NCBI GenBank assembly: GCA_963741075.1
Contig: CAVUGS010000009.1
Location: 142,308 to 206,307 of the forward strand
Origin: an uncultured Thermoleophilia bacterium
GTDB taxonomy: Bacteria; Actinomycetota; Thermoleophilia; UBA2241
Length of the DNA stretch: 64,000 nucleotides
Reading direction: 5' to 3'
Shown here: in pieces, positions 10,270 to 20,679 of the stretch
Layout: every line of letters starts with the position of its first letter
How positions within the stretch are numbered: the stretch's first letter is position 1
Made by a program: the position numbers and the translations under genes
Notes under the pieces: generated by a model
Databases searched by the model: none
Told to the model about the DNA's origin: nothing
The model's input: only the letters and a program-made list of their open reading frames with translations

Positions 10270-11150
10270 CGCCGATCCGTCGCGAAGTACACTGCCAGGC
10301 GGTCGCCGAGCAGATTGAAGGCCACCACGGTCAACACGATCATCAGGCCGGCGTAGATGGACTCCTGTGGGTGGCCGCTCAGGATCGAGGATTGTCCATT
10401 GGCCACCATGAGGCCCCACTCGGATGAGGGCGGCTGCACGCCGAGACCGAGGTACGAGATCGCGGCCAGATCGACCAGCGCGTAGCCAAACGAGAGCGTC
10501 GCCTGGACCACGACGAGCGGCATGATGTTGGGCAGGAGGTGTCGCACCGCGATCGTGCGTGTCGGCAGGCCCTCTGCGTAGGCGGCGTCGATGTACGGCA
10601 GCGCGCGTTCGCGGATTGCCCCGCTCCTCAGCACCCGCGAGATATACGGCAGGTAAGCGATCGAGAGGGCGATGACCGGCGCGATGAGTCCGGCGCCGAA
10701 GAGCGCGACGGCGAGCATCGCGAGGATGAGCCCGGGGAAGGCGAACAGGATGTCCAGGATGCGCGACACGACATTGTCGAACATCCCGCCGACCCAAGCC
10801 GACGTGATGGCGAGGAACGTGCCGAACGTCGTGGCCAGCAGGATGATGAGGAACGGGCCCATCAGGCTGAGCCGCGCGCCGTAGATCAGCCGCGAGAGCA
10901 GGTCACGCCCGAGAGAGTCGGTGCCCAGCAGGTGCTGCGCCGACGGTCCCTGATAGCGCGCGAGGATGTCGAGTGCGTTCGGGTCGTACGGCGCGATCAG
11001 GGGCGCAAGGATCGCTACAAGAGTGATCGCGACGATGAACAGCGCGCAGCCGGCCGCCACCGGATCGACGCCGCGGATCGTCCGCCCGACCCGGGTCGTG
11101 ACCGGCGCGCGGGGCCCCGTGAGCAGCGCGACGTCGTCGATCTCAGCCAC
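10266..11150 (-). CDS. Peptide ABC transporter permease (DppC/OppC-like)
   Basis: 6-TM BPD_transp_1 permease with EAA-like loop (AYAEGLPTRTIAVRHLLPN). Confidence 0.8.
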   Translation of the reverse strand: MAEIDDVALLTGPRAPVTTRVGRTIRGVDPVAAGCALFIVAITLVAILAPLIAPYDPNALDILARYQGPSAQHLLGTDSLGRDLLSRLIYGARLSLMGPFLIILLATTFGTFLAITSAWVGGMFDNVVSRILDILFAFPGLILAMLAVALFGAGLIAPVIALSIAYLPYISRVLRSGAIRERALPYIDAAYAEGLPTRTIAVRHLLPNIMPLVVVQATLSFGYALVDLAAISYLGLGVQPPSSEWGLMVANGQSSILSGHPQESIYAGLMIVLTVVAFNLLGDRLAVYFATDRR

Positions 11151-12082
11151 TGCGCGTCACCCTCAGGCGTGGGTCGAGCGCCCCGTTCAGGAGATCGACG
11201 ATCGCGTTGACGACCACGAAGACCGCCACCAGGAGCAGGGCGATGGACTGGACGACGGCCACATCCTTCTGCGACGTCGCCTGCACGAGGAATGAACCCA
11301 GACCGTTGATGCCGAAGGCCTGCTCGACGACCACGTCGCCGGCGATCAGGCCTGCCACGGTGAGCCCGGCCACGGTCGTGATCGGGATCCACGAGTTGCG
11401 GAGCACGTGCCGGCGCACAACGAGGCTCTCGGGAATACCCCGGCTGCGCGCGGTCTCCACGTGGTCGCGCCCCAGTTCCTCACGGATGGACGTGCGCGTG
11501 AGCTGGGCGACGTAGGCGACCCACGAGAGTGCGAGGGCGAAGGCTGGCAACGTGAGGTGCCACAATCGGTCGGCGAACCCGACTCCGGCGCCGAACACCG
11601 GGAACCAGCCCAGGTTCACCGCGAACACCGTGATGAGGATGATCGCGGCGACGAACGAGGGCAGGGCGAGGCCCACCCCGGTGCCCACGGTGATGGCCGC
11701 GCTGATCCGCCGGGTGAGGCCTGCGACGATTCCCAGCCCGATGCCGAAGAAGAGGATCACGATCGACGCGTAGCTGACCAGGAAGAGGGTGTTGCCGATG
11801 CGGGGCGACAGCAGCGTGGTGACCGGCTCGCGATAGACGAACGACTGGCCGAGGTCGCCGCGCAGAAAGCCGCTCAGCCAGTCCCAGTAGCGCACGTAGA
11901 CCGGGTCGTCGAGATGGTACTGCTTGTGGATCTCGGTGAGGATCTCCGGCGTGATGTGCCCGCCGGCGAGCAGGGTCGCGGGATCGCCTGGCGCCAGATA
12001 GAGCGCACCGTAGATGACGATGCTCGCCACGAACAAGCGTCAGCACCAAGCTGACAAACCGCTGAGCGACGAAGCGGGTCAT
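11143..12082 (-). CDS. Peptide ABC transporter permease (DppB/OppB-like), apparent +1 frameshift near 12035
   Basis: N-terminus MTRFVAQRFVSLVLTL then switches frame to FVASIVIYGALYLAPGDPA...; a single extra g restores one frame. Confidence 0.7.
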
Positions 12083-12091
12083 CCCGCAGGG

Positions 12092-13777
12092 CTACTTGGC
12101 GCCGATCATCGCCAGCGAAGGCAGGTAGATGTAGGCGAAGGACACTGGCGCCCCGGTGATGCGATTGTTCATGAACAGCGCCTCGTCGTTGTTGGCGATC
12201 GGGATGACGACCATGTCCTTCATGTACTGGGCCTGCGCCTCGGTGACGAGCTGCGCGCGCTTGGTCGCGTCGAAGGTCGCCCGAGCCTGCGCGACGTTGT
12301 TCAGCACCAGCTGGTTGTCGTAGTTGATCCAGTTGAAGATCGGCTCCGGGCCGTAGAACAGCGCCAGGTAGTCCAGGGGGTCGGGGATATCCAGGAAGCC
12401 GAACGTCTCCATCAGGTCGATGCCCTTGCGGTACGAGGGAACGAAGAAGGCGTTCGAGAAGTCCAGCGGCTGCATCTGCTTGAGCTTGACCGTGAGCCCG
12501 ATGGACGAGGCAGCCTGCTGGACCACGCTGGCGAGCTGAAGCTCTGTCTGATCGCCGGCGAGCAGCGCTAGCACGATCGGCTTGCTCGTGCCCGACTGCG
12601 ACGCGACGATCTGCTTCGCTCCTGCAACGTCTGGCGTCAGCGACGGAAGCGCGTCGTAGGCCGCCTTGTAGATGTCGATGGCGGCCGGGTCCCAGGCGTT
12701 GGGAGGCGTGAGCGCCTTGTTGGGGATGGCCGCGTCGTTGAAGACCGCGCTGACGATCGCCGCGCGGTCGATGGCCATCGACAGGGCGGTGCGCAACTGT
12801 GGGTTACTCATCGGGCCAGGCTCGCCAGTGGGAACGATCTCAGACACGGTCAGGCCCGGGCCGAAGTACAGCTTGCCATTGGTCGCCGTCTTGAGCTCGG
12901 GCGTGCTGGTGGCGGGGACCTCGTACGCGCCGTCGAGCTGACCCGACAGGAGGGCGCTGGTGAGCGTACTCGAGTCCACAATGAACTTGACGTTCACGGT
13001 GTCGACCTTCGCGGTGAACGCCGGATCCCAGTAGTTGGGATTCTTCTGCAGCACGATCTCACTGCCCGGGCTCCAGCTCTTGAGCATGTACGGCCCCGTG
13101 TACATCACGCCGCCCTTGGCGGTGCCGAACGAGGATGCGTGAGCCTCTACGTAGGCCTTCTCGGTGATGCCGCCGGCGATGGTCGCCATCTCCTTGTTGA
13201 AGAGCTCGTCAGGTTGTTTGAAGGTGACCGTGACCTGAAGCGGGCCGGTCTCTTTGATCGCCTTCACGTAGGAGAAGAAGCCGCCGTTGACCGGCTGCAC
13301 CTTGGGGTCGAGGTTGCGCTGGAGGCTGTACACCACGTCGGCGGCCGTCAGCGGGTGGCCGTCCCAGAACTTCACGCCTGAGCGGATGTTGTAGATCCAG
13401 GTGGTCGGATCGGGATTGGACCACGACTCCGCCAGTCCGGGCTTGATCTTCCAGTCCGGCGTGAGGCGCAGCAAGTAGTCGCACATGTTGGAGATCATCA
13501 TGTCGGGCCCGTAGTCGGCGGCCTTCGCGTAGTCGAGAGTGGTGGGCTCGCCGAGCGGCAGGTCCCACGTCATCGAAGGGAGCGTCCCCGTCGGAGTCGC
13601 TGTCGTCGACTGCAAGGCGACGCCGCTGCTCGTGCCCGGAGATCCGCTTGAGGATGACGTGCTGGTCGACTTGCCGCAGCCGGCCAGGACCAGGAGCGTG
13701 ACGAGCACGAGTGAACAACCAGCCAGCGCGGCGACTTGCGCCCGCTTCGACACCGTCTTGTCGGATCTGAATGCCAC
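12092..13777 (-). CDS. Peptide ABC transporter substrate-binding lipoprotein (SBP family 5, DppA/OppA-like)
   Basis: Lipobox LVLAGCG, 561-aa family-5 SBP; uses TAG as its stop codon. Confidence 0.8.
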   Translation of the reverse strand: MAFRSDKTVSKRAQVAALAGCSLVLVTLLVLAGCGKSTSTSSSSGSPGTSSGVALQSTTATPTGTLPSMTWDLPLGEPTTLDYAKAADYGPDMMISNMCDYLLRLTPDWKIKPGLAESWSNPDPTTWIYNIRSGVKFWDGHPLTAADVVYSLQRNLDPKVQPVNGGFFSYVKAIKETGPLQVTVTFKQPDELFNKEMATIAGGITEKAYVEAHASSFGTAKGGVMYTGPYMLKSWSPGSEIVLQKNPNYWDPAFTAKVDTVNVKFIVDSSTLTSALLSGQLDGAYEVPATSTPELKTATNGKLYFGPGLTVSEIVPTGEPGPMSNPQLRTALSMAIDRAAIVSAVFNDAAIPNKALTPPNAWDPAAIDIYKAAYDALPSLTPDVAGAKQIVASQSGTSKPIVLALLAGDQTELQLASVVQQAASSIGLTVKLKQMQPLDFSNAFFVPSYRKGIDLMETFGFLDIPDPLDYLALFYGPEPIFNWINYDNQLVLNNVAQARATFDATKRAQLVTEAQAQYMKDMVVIPIANNDEALFMNNRITGAPVSFAYIYLPSLAMIGAK

Positions 13778-13993
13778 GTCCCGCCCCCTTGTCCCGAGGC
13801 CACGACTGGCGTCGCGGCCCCTGCCGCTCGCGCCGAACTTGCTCGGACTATTCCCGTTTGGAGAAGCCCAACGACCGATGACGTTGAAAGCGGGACCTGA
13901 CCGCGTCGGCAGGCCAGGCTACCCCCCATCCGGTTTGACGCCGCCGAGGCCGGGCATGAGTCAGTCGCGACAGCCCCCGAGCAGGAGAGCAAG

Positions 13994-15166
13994 ATGAGTT
14001 GTCCAAGCACCAGCAGCGTGGCGGCCCGAGACGTCTACACAAGCCAGCAGACGACCCGCTGGTTCATGCAGCACGTGCGCCACGTGCTGGGCACAGCGGA
14101 TGTGTGCGGCGCGGCCGGCGAGCATCCCGGCTTCGGACTGCCCCAGGAGCTGCTCGATCTGGGGGCTCTCAAGGTCGGCGCTGAGGGAGGGGCGGCTGCC
14201 ACGGTTGCGGGCGTCCTGGAAGAGACGCACACGGACGCCTTTCTCGTCCTCCACAAGGGCGCGATCGTCTTCGAAGCGTACTTCAACGGCATGACGCCGG
14301 AGACGCCGCACATGTGGCAGTCGGTGTCGAAGTCGCTCGTGTCCTGTGTGGCCGGCGGCCTCATCATCGACGGACGGCTGGACGCGCAGGAGCGCGTCGG
14401 GGTCTACGTGCCGGAGCTGGCCGAAAGCGCCTACGGCGACGCGCTGGTGCGCCATCTTCTGGACATGCAGGTCGGCATCGACTACTCGGAGGACTACGAG
14501 GATCCCGACTCCGACGTGAACGAGCTCGACCGGATCTACGGCGTAAGGCCCCCGCGATCCTCCCGGCACCCTGGATCGAGCTACGACTACGCAACGACCA
14601 CGCGGAAGCGGGGCCGTCACGGCGAAGGATTCGAGTATGTCTCCCTGGACGTGAACGTGCTCGCCTGGGTCCTCGAGCGGGCTGCCGGCGCCTGCCTGCC
14701 CGACCTCATCCGCAGCCAGGTCTGGAGCAAGCTTGGCGGCGAGCACGACGCCTACATCGCCCTGGACGTCGCCGGCAGCGCGCAGGCCGAGAGCGGGATG
14801 TGTTCCAGCCTGCGCGACCTGGCCCGGCTGGGCCTGGCTCTGTCGCGAAGGGGCGAGCTCGGCGGGCGGCAGGTCGTGCCCGCGGCCTGGGTCGAGCAGA
14901 TCATGCGCGGCGGAGACCGAGAGGCCTTTGCCGGCCATGAAGAGGCGAACGTGATCACCGAGGGGTCCTACAAGAACAACTTCTGGGTGGCCCGTTCCGG
15001 CGAGGAGGCGGCGTTCACCGGCAGCGGGATCTACGGGCAGATGATCTACGTGAACCCCAAGGCGCAGCTGGTCATCGCCAAGTTCTCGACCCAGCCTGAA
15101 GCCAACAGCATGGACTGCTTCCGACTGGAGTTCTTGCTGTGTGAACGGCTGGCTGAGGTTCTCTAG
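13994..15166 (+). CDS. Beta-lactamase-family serine hydrolase (transpeptidase-fold; possible aminopeptidase/esterase)
   Basis: SxxK motif in WQSVSKSLVS; ~390 aa; divergent from the dpp operon. Confidence 0.7.
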   Translation: MSCPSTSSVAARDVYTSQQTTRWFMQHVRHVLGTADVCGAAGEHPGFGLPQELLDLGALKVGAEGGAAATVAGVLEETHTDAFLVLHKGAIVFEAYFNGMTPETPHMWQSVSKSLVSCVAGGLIIDGRLDAQERVGVYVPELAESAYGDALVRHLLDMQVGIDYSEDYEDPDSDVNELDRIYGVRPPRSSRHPGSSYDYATTTRKRGRHGEGFEYVSLDVNVLAWVLERAAGACLPDLIRSQVWSKLGGEHDAYIALDVAGSAQAESGMCSSLRDLARLGLALSRRGELGGRQVVPAAWVEQIMRGGDREAFAGHEEANVITEGSYKNNFWVARSGEEAAFTGSGIYGQMIYVNPKAQLVIAKFSTQPEANSMDCFRLEFLLCERLAEVL

Positions 15167-15348
15167 GTATCCAGAAGCTGGCCGCAGCCGCTCAGACGAG
15201 GGGCATCCCAGGTGATCCCTCGCGCCATTGGAAGCCGGAACCGATTCTCCGCATACCCGTCGGGATTGACGGTTATTGCGCCCCTACTCCGGGTAGGCTG
15301 GCGTCAGTCAGCCTGGGGGCAACGTACTGTTCTACTGGAGGGGGAGCC

Positions 15349-15930
15349 ATGGCCACGCGCGCAACCGATCTGCCGGAACCGATTCTCGAGTCGAGCTGGA
15401 AGGGCCGCCTGCTGACCGGGCTGCTCATCGTCCAGATCGTCGTCGGCTTCGAGTTCCTCTGGACGGTACTGGTGAAGCTCGTCCGGGGCGGCTTCGTCGC
15501 CGGACTCGGCGCCGACCTCAAAGACAGGGTCCAGGCGGCGCCGAGCTGGTATCAGTCGCTCGCTGACAGCGTCATCGTCCCGAACGCCTCGCTGTTCGCC
15601 TACCTCGTCATCATCGGCGAGCTCTTCGTCGGCGTGACCATGATCGTCGCCGCAATCGTCTGGCTGTGGCGCTGGGACGGACTTTCACTTGCGGCCAAGC
15701 GCACGCTCGTGACGCTCATCCTGCTCGCGGCCGCGGCGGCCCTGATGATGAACCTCAACTACCACATCGCCAATGGGGCCTCGAACCCGTGGCAGCTGCC
15801 GACCGAGGTGTTCGACGAGGGCGTCGACATCAACACCGTGCTGGCGCTGATCGACGCGACGATCCTGGTGGTGATGGGATTCGTGCTCGCGTCGCTGCGG
15901 CGCCCAGGGGCTGAGGCTCAGCGATCGTAG
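15349..15930 (+). CDS. Integral membrane protein (4 TM, DoxX-like?)
   Basis: Hydrophobic segments LLTGLLIVQIVVGFEFLW, LFAYLVIIGELFVGVTMIVAAIVWLW, LVTLILLAAAAALMM, LIDATILVVMGFVLASL. Confidence 0.5.
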   Translation: MATRATDLPEPILESSWKGRLLTGLLIVQIVVGFEFLWTVLVKLVRGGFVAGLGADLKDRVQAAPSWYQSLADSVIVPNASLFAYLVIIGELFVGVTMIVAAIVWLWRWDGLSLAAKRTLVTLILLAAAAALMMNLNYHIANGASNPWQLPTEVFDEGVDINTVLALIDATILVVMGFVLASLRRPGAEAQRS

Positions 15931-16215
15931 CCGGGTCGGGAGACCCCACCGGGTCGACCACAAGTGGTGCGTGGCGTGCCCACGACGGGCACGTGGGGAA
16001 GCGTCGAAAGGGGAGCGTCATGGTGCGTCATTCTCGCGTCGATGTCCGGCTAGCTTTGTTCCTTGCGAAGTAGGCGAGCGACATCAGCAGGGCAATACGT
16101 GGCGGCGGGAGCCATCGCTTCCGCCGCCACGGTCCAGCCCATCGATGGGTAGCTGACAGGCACGGCTCCAGGTGCCTGGGTCACCCGATCTCGGTAAACA
16201 CGGCGCGTCAACGCC

Positions 16216-17214
16216 TCAGTCGGCCTTGGTCGTCTCCTCATCGCCCAGCTCGAGCAGGCCGCGCAGGCTGCGGGCGCGCTGGGCGCACGAGACGACCAGG
16301 TTGGGCAGCACCCCGCGCCGGTACAGCGCGTTCGGGAAGAAGGAGATGAAGTACATGCACCGGTCCCTGCAGGCGTAGCTGCCGAACCCGTAGCCGAACG
16401 GTTCGCGGCTCAGCTCGATGGCGTTGAGCGCGAGGGCGAACCCGGCGCCTTCGGCGTCGGTCGGCGGCGTCACGGGAAGCTGCTGCATGATCAGCAGGCC
16501 GGCGCCGTAGACCGGATGGCCGGCTCCCGGGAGCACCTGGCAGCGCGAGGGCACGTCCCCGAAGGGGACCTCGACGTGGAACCCGTCGCCGTCGGGCGAA
16601 GCCGACACGGCGACCGGTCCCGACACTGACTCCCTGACCGCGCTCTCGAACTCCTCGGCCCCCCAGACCGACCCTCCCTTGCCCGTGGGGATGACGAGCG
16701 ACTCGATGGCATCCGCCATCTCGTCGGGCTGCGCGCGCAGGCCGTGGTCGGGGTGCCCGCTGATCGCGACCTCGGCGTCGAGCTGCGTCGCCAGCTGAGG
16801 CGCCAGCATGCGCGCCTCGCCGATCTGCAGCACGGCCGCCATGGCGATGAAGGGATCCAGCCACGCCTCGTTCTGGTCCCAGACCCTGGCCAGAGAGCTG
16901 AAGGAGAGTGTGTGCGCCTCCTCGTCGTACACGAGCCCGGCCATGGACGGGAAGGACATGATCTCGTTGTTGAGCACGAACAGCCCGGGCTCGTCCAGTT
17001 CCACGCCCCGGAGGACGTCGGTCTGCACCCGGACCACGTAGCCCACGGCTCCGTCGGGCCCGCCTTCCATCTCGCCGATGACCTCGATGGTCTGCGCCTG
17101 CTTGTCGGCCCACCACTGGAAGCCGTTGGGCGAACGGACCGCCCAGTGGCGGTCCACCTTGAGCTGCTCGGCGAAGAGCCAGTCGAGCGCGCGCGTACCT
17201 GCATTCATGTCCAT
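16216..17214 (-). CDS. Hypothetical protein (332 aa, no recognised domain)
   Basis: Uninterrupted ORF with non-repetitive composition; an Arg-rich overlapping ORF 16238-17644 is considered a high-GC artefact. Confidence 0.5.
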   Translation of the reverse strand: MDMNAGTRALDWLFAEQLKVDRHWAVRSPNGFQWWADKQAQTIEVIGEMEGGPDGAVGYVVRVQTDVLRGVELDEPGLFVLNNEIMSFPSMAGLVYDEEAHTLSFSSLARVWDQNEAWLDPFIAMAAVLQIGEARMLAPQLATQLDAEVAISGHPDHGLRAQPDEMADAIESLVIPTGKGGSVWGAEEFESAVRESVSGPVAVSASPDGDGFHVEVPFGDVPSRCQVLPGAGHPVYGAGLLIMQQLPVTPPTDAEGAGFALALNAIELSREPFGYGFGSYACRDRCMYFISFFPNALYRRGVLPNLVVSCAQRARSLRGLLELGDEETTKAD

Positions 17215-17408
17215 TCTCCTGATCTCCGAGCGCGGTGGCGCGTGACTGACCGTGCAACTCTACGTCACGGGTCGGCGCGCGTCGTCCGCCGGCGCGGCGC
17301 GGGCGGTCCGTCCGCGCGCACGCCGGGGGTCCCAGCTTTGCTCGCCGCCGCAGCGGATTGGATAGAATCTCCGAAGGCGAACCCACAACCCCCTGAAGGA
17401 GACCTTCC

Positions 17409-18693
17409 ATGGCGTACGCAGAGGATTTCGAGAAAGCCCTCCAGGTCGGGCGTCCTCCCAACATCCAGGCCCTGTTCCCCAACTCCAAGGCGCTGATCGT
17501 CAGCGGCAAAGTCGTGGACCGGGCGATGCGGGCCAAGGGCAAGGCCATCGCGATGGCCGCCAACGGGCGTAACAGCTTCGTCATCCGCGGCGCGCTGCGG
17601 GCCGCGCAGCGGGCCAACGCCGCGCTCATCATCGAGATCGCCAAGTCCGAGGGTGGGCAGAAGGCCTACTGCGCGGTGAACTACTGGAACATGGCGCGCG
17701 TCGTCGACGCCCTGTGCAACGAGATGGGCATCACCATCCCCGTGGCCATCCACGCCGACCACTACGGCATGAAGAACGACAAGGACCTCGCGCAGGCACT
17801 GGTGGAGATCCCCAGCATGTTCGAGGCGGGCATCACCTCCATCGCCATCGACGCGTCCCACCAGCCCAACGACCAGAACCTGCTCGCCAACCTCGCCGTG
17901 AACTCCAAGATCCCGGCGTGGGCCGGACTGGAGACCGAGATCGGGGAGATCAAGGGCTCCACCGGACTCTCCACGCCGGACGAGGCGCTGTTCCTCATCC
18001 AGGGGCTCAACGCGCACGACATCTCCGCCGACTGGATCGCGCTGAACAACGGGACCACCCACGGCATCGAGGCGTCCAGCGCCGGCATCCAGGTCGCCGC
18101 TGACCGCCGAGGTCCACAAGGTCCTCGCGCCGTACAAGGTCAGCGGCGCCCAGCACGGCACCTCGGGCAACAGCTCCGAGCGGCTCCGCGAGATCGCGAA
18201 CCAGACGCACACCACCAAGGCCAACGTGGCCACCGCCCTGCAGATGATCTCCTGGGGCCTCGAGGTCAACGACTACGGCAACGCGCAGCTCGACGCCGAC
18301 GGCGGCTTCATCAAGGTCGAGGGCGAGGGCATGACCGAGGAGCTGTGGGCCGAGACGGTCGCCTTCGCGGACGACAAGGGCTGGAAGAAGGGCGACTACA
18401 AGAACCTCAACATCCTGCTCGAGAACAAGCTCCTGCGCCCAGCCCGCCGAGATCCGCGAGCGCATGGCCAAGCGGGTCGAGGACTTCGCCTACGGCATGA
18501 TGACCGAAGGTCTTCAACGCCGAGGGCACGGCGCCGCTCGCCGTCGAGGCGATCCTCGCCGCCGGGTCCTACGACCTCGGGCCCAAGGTCGGCCGCATCG
18601 AGGATCCCGCCGACTGGACCGACGCGAAGATCGTCGAGAAGCGCCAAGACGCTGGACACCGACAAGGGCGCCGCGGGCAACTTCGACGATTGA
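17409..18693 (+). CDS. fba: Class II fructose-bisphosphate aldolase, about 4 apparent frameshifts
   Basis: IHADH zinc-ligand motif, NGTTHG. The downstream sequence (HKVLAPYKVSGAQHGTSGN...MISWGLEVNDYG...) continues in shifted frames (shifts near 18093, 18437, 18505, 18648). Confidence 0.75.
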
Positions 18694-18725
18694 CCGGACG
18701 CGGCGCCCACGGCGCCGGAGAGTGA

Positions 18726-18766
18726 GACGGGCGCGGGGCCGGCTGACTGCCGGCCCCGCGCCCGTC
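18726..18766. terminator. Perfect 18-bp GC stem-loop between convergent fba and CN-hydrolase genes
   Basis: gacgggcgcggggccggc-tgact-gccggccccgcgcccgtc. Confidence 0.6.
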
Positions 18767-18793
18767 TGGCGTACGGTGGCGAGCCGGCTTGCT

Positions 18794-19676
18794 CTACGGG
18801 TTCCAGGGCGCGGTCGCGGAGCCCTGCCCCGCGCCGCCCTCTGTCAGGGCGCCGTAGGTCTCGGGCCGCCGGCACTGGTCGCCCCAGACCTCCCGGCGGC
18901 GCCACTCGCGCAGCGCCTCGAGGTCGAGGCGGACGACGCAGACGTCCTCCGCCTCCCCGGCCTCGAAGACGCGCGTGTCGCGCCTGCGACCCTCCGCGTC
19001 GAAGGCGATCGGGTCGACCACCGTCGAGTGGCCGTTCTCCTGCGGCGCCGCGTAGTTGGCCACGGCCACGGCGACCATGTTCTCGAACGCGCGCGCCCGC
19101 ACCTGGCCGAGCCGGTTCGCCTCGAGCTCGCAGGCGTTGGGCACGAGGACGAGCTCGGCGCCGCCCAGCGCGAGCAGCCGGGCGGCCTCCGGGAACTCGC
19201 GGTCGAAGCAGATCATCGCCGCCGACCGCGACGGGACCGGCGGGCGTCTCCAGCCGGGCGACCGGGAACTCCGCGCCCGGCACCAGCGCCTGCTCCGGCA
19301 GGTCGAAGCTGCAGGTGTGCACCTTGGCGTAGGTGAGCACCTCGCGCCCGCTGCCGTCGAACAGCGTGACGACGTTGCGCGGCCCCGCGGCGGTCCGCTC
19401 CAGGTACGTCGCCGCGATCGCCATGTCGAGCTCCGCGGCGAGGTCGGCGTGCGCGACCAGCCACGGGTCGTCGCGGTCGATCGCCTGCGCCCGCCAGCGA
19501 TGCAGGTCGCCGTCCGAGAAGGAGTAGCCAGTGCTCCACAGCTCCGGGAACAGCGCGAGGTCGGCGCCGGCGGCCGCGGCGCGGCGGCAGGCGGCGAGAC
19601 CGCGCTCGAGGCTCGCCTCGCGGTCGTAGCCCGAGCCGGCGAGCTGCAGGAGCGCGATGCGGAGCTCGCGCGCTCA
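18794..19676 (-). CDS. Carbon-nitrogen hydrolase (nitrilase superfamily), 2 apparent frameshifts
   Basis: GTG start. ...RIALLQLAG...LALFPELWSTGY... and MICFDREFPE...LVLVPNA (E-K-C triad context) split over three frames. Confidence 0.7.
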
Positions 19677-20474
19677 CTCCCGCGCCGCCTCCTCCCCACT
19701 CCGCGGGCGGCCGAACACCGTCGTCTCGCCCGGCTGCAGGACGCGCACGTCCACCTCCGGCGCCAGGTGCGCCGCGTAGCGGGCGAACGCGTGCGGCCAC
19801 TCGCCCCACTTGGCGTTGAAGGCCGGCGGCAGCCACGGCGGGTAGATGGTGCCCCAGTGCACCGGCACGCAGGCCCTGGGACGCAGCAGTTCGAGCGCCT
19901 TGGCCGCCGACAGCGGGTTGAGGTGGTCGCTGGGCAGCCGCGGCCCCCAGCCGCCGACGGGCAGCACGGCGACGTCGATGGGCGCGAACTCGCGCATGCC
20001 GTCGTACAGGCCGGTGTCGCCGGCGAAGTAGGCGCTCAGCCCGCCCGCGACGACGTAGCCCAGGGCCGGCGCCTCGGAGGCCAGCGGATAGCGGGTGCCC
20101 GCGTGGTCCGCGGGGACGGCCTTCACGCGCACGCGCGCGGGGCCGGCCGCGCCGCCCGCGCCCGCCGGCCCGATCTCGACCTCGTCTCCCGCCTCCATCT
20201 CGAGCGGCACGAACCCGAGCCGGCGCAGCAGCGCGCCGACGCCGCGCGGCGCGACCACCGGCGTCCGCCGGTCGATGAGCCGCAGCGACGGCACGTCCAG
20301 GTGGTCGAGATGCGCGTGCGAGATGAGCACGGCGTCGAGGTCGCGGCGCACCGCCGGCGGCGGCACGGGGCTGCGCCGGATGAGCACGCCGATGCGCTTG
20401 CGCAGCAGCGGGTCGGTGAGCAGCCGCACGCCGTCCAGCTCGAGGAGCACCGTCGCGTGCCCCGCGAACGTCAC
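19674..20474 (-). CDS. MBL-fold metallo-hydrolase
   Basis: HAHLDHLD motif, 266 aa, intact. Confidence 0.75.
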   Translation of the reverse strand: MTFAGHATVLLELDGVRLLTDPLLRKRIGVLIRRSPVPPPAVRRDLDAVLISHAHLDHLDVPSLRLIDRRTPVVAPRGVGALLRRLGFVPLEMEAGDEVEIGPAGAGGAAGPARVRVKAVPADHAGTRYPLASEAPALGYVVAGGLSAYFAGDTGLYDGMREFAPIDVAVLPVGGWGPRLPSDHLNPLSAAKALELLRPRACVPVHWGTIYPPWLPPAFNAKWGEWPHAFARYAAHLAPEVDVRVLQPGETTVFGRPRSGEEAARE

Positions 20475-20679
20475 CGAGAGTGTGGGGGTCGCCGTGCTGC
20501 GCGCTCATGAGTCCACTCTACCCCCGAGCGCGCGCCGTGATGGTCCCCGCATCCGGCGCCCGGCTACGGCGCCGTGCCGACTCGCTGCCCCATCCGCCGG
20601 GTACTCAGAGTGTGCACGCTGTCTCACCAGGCCGGAGCCGCTGTCCGGCCGCGACAGAACTCCCACGGAGGCGAGAGCG

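Noticed and set aside
18794-19676. CN hydrolase, both aldolases, dnaK etc. as genuine pseudogenes
   Set aside because: The indels are scattered across essential housekeeping genes, which is better explained by sequence error than by gene decay. They are annotated as CDS with apparent frameshifts.
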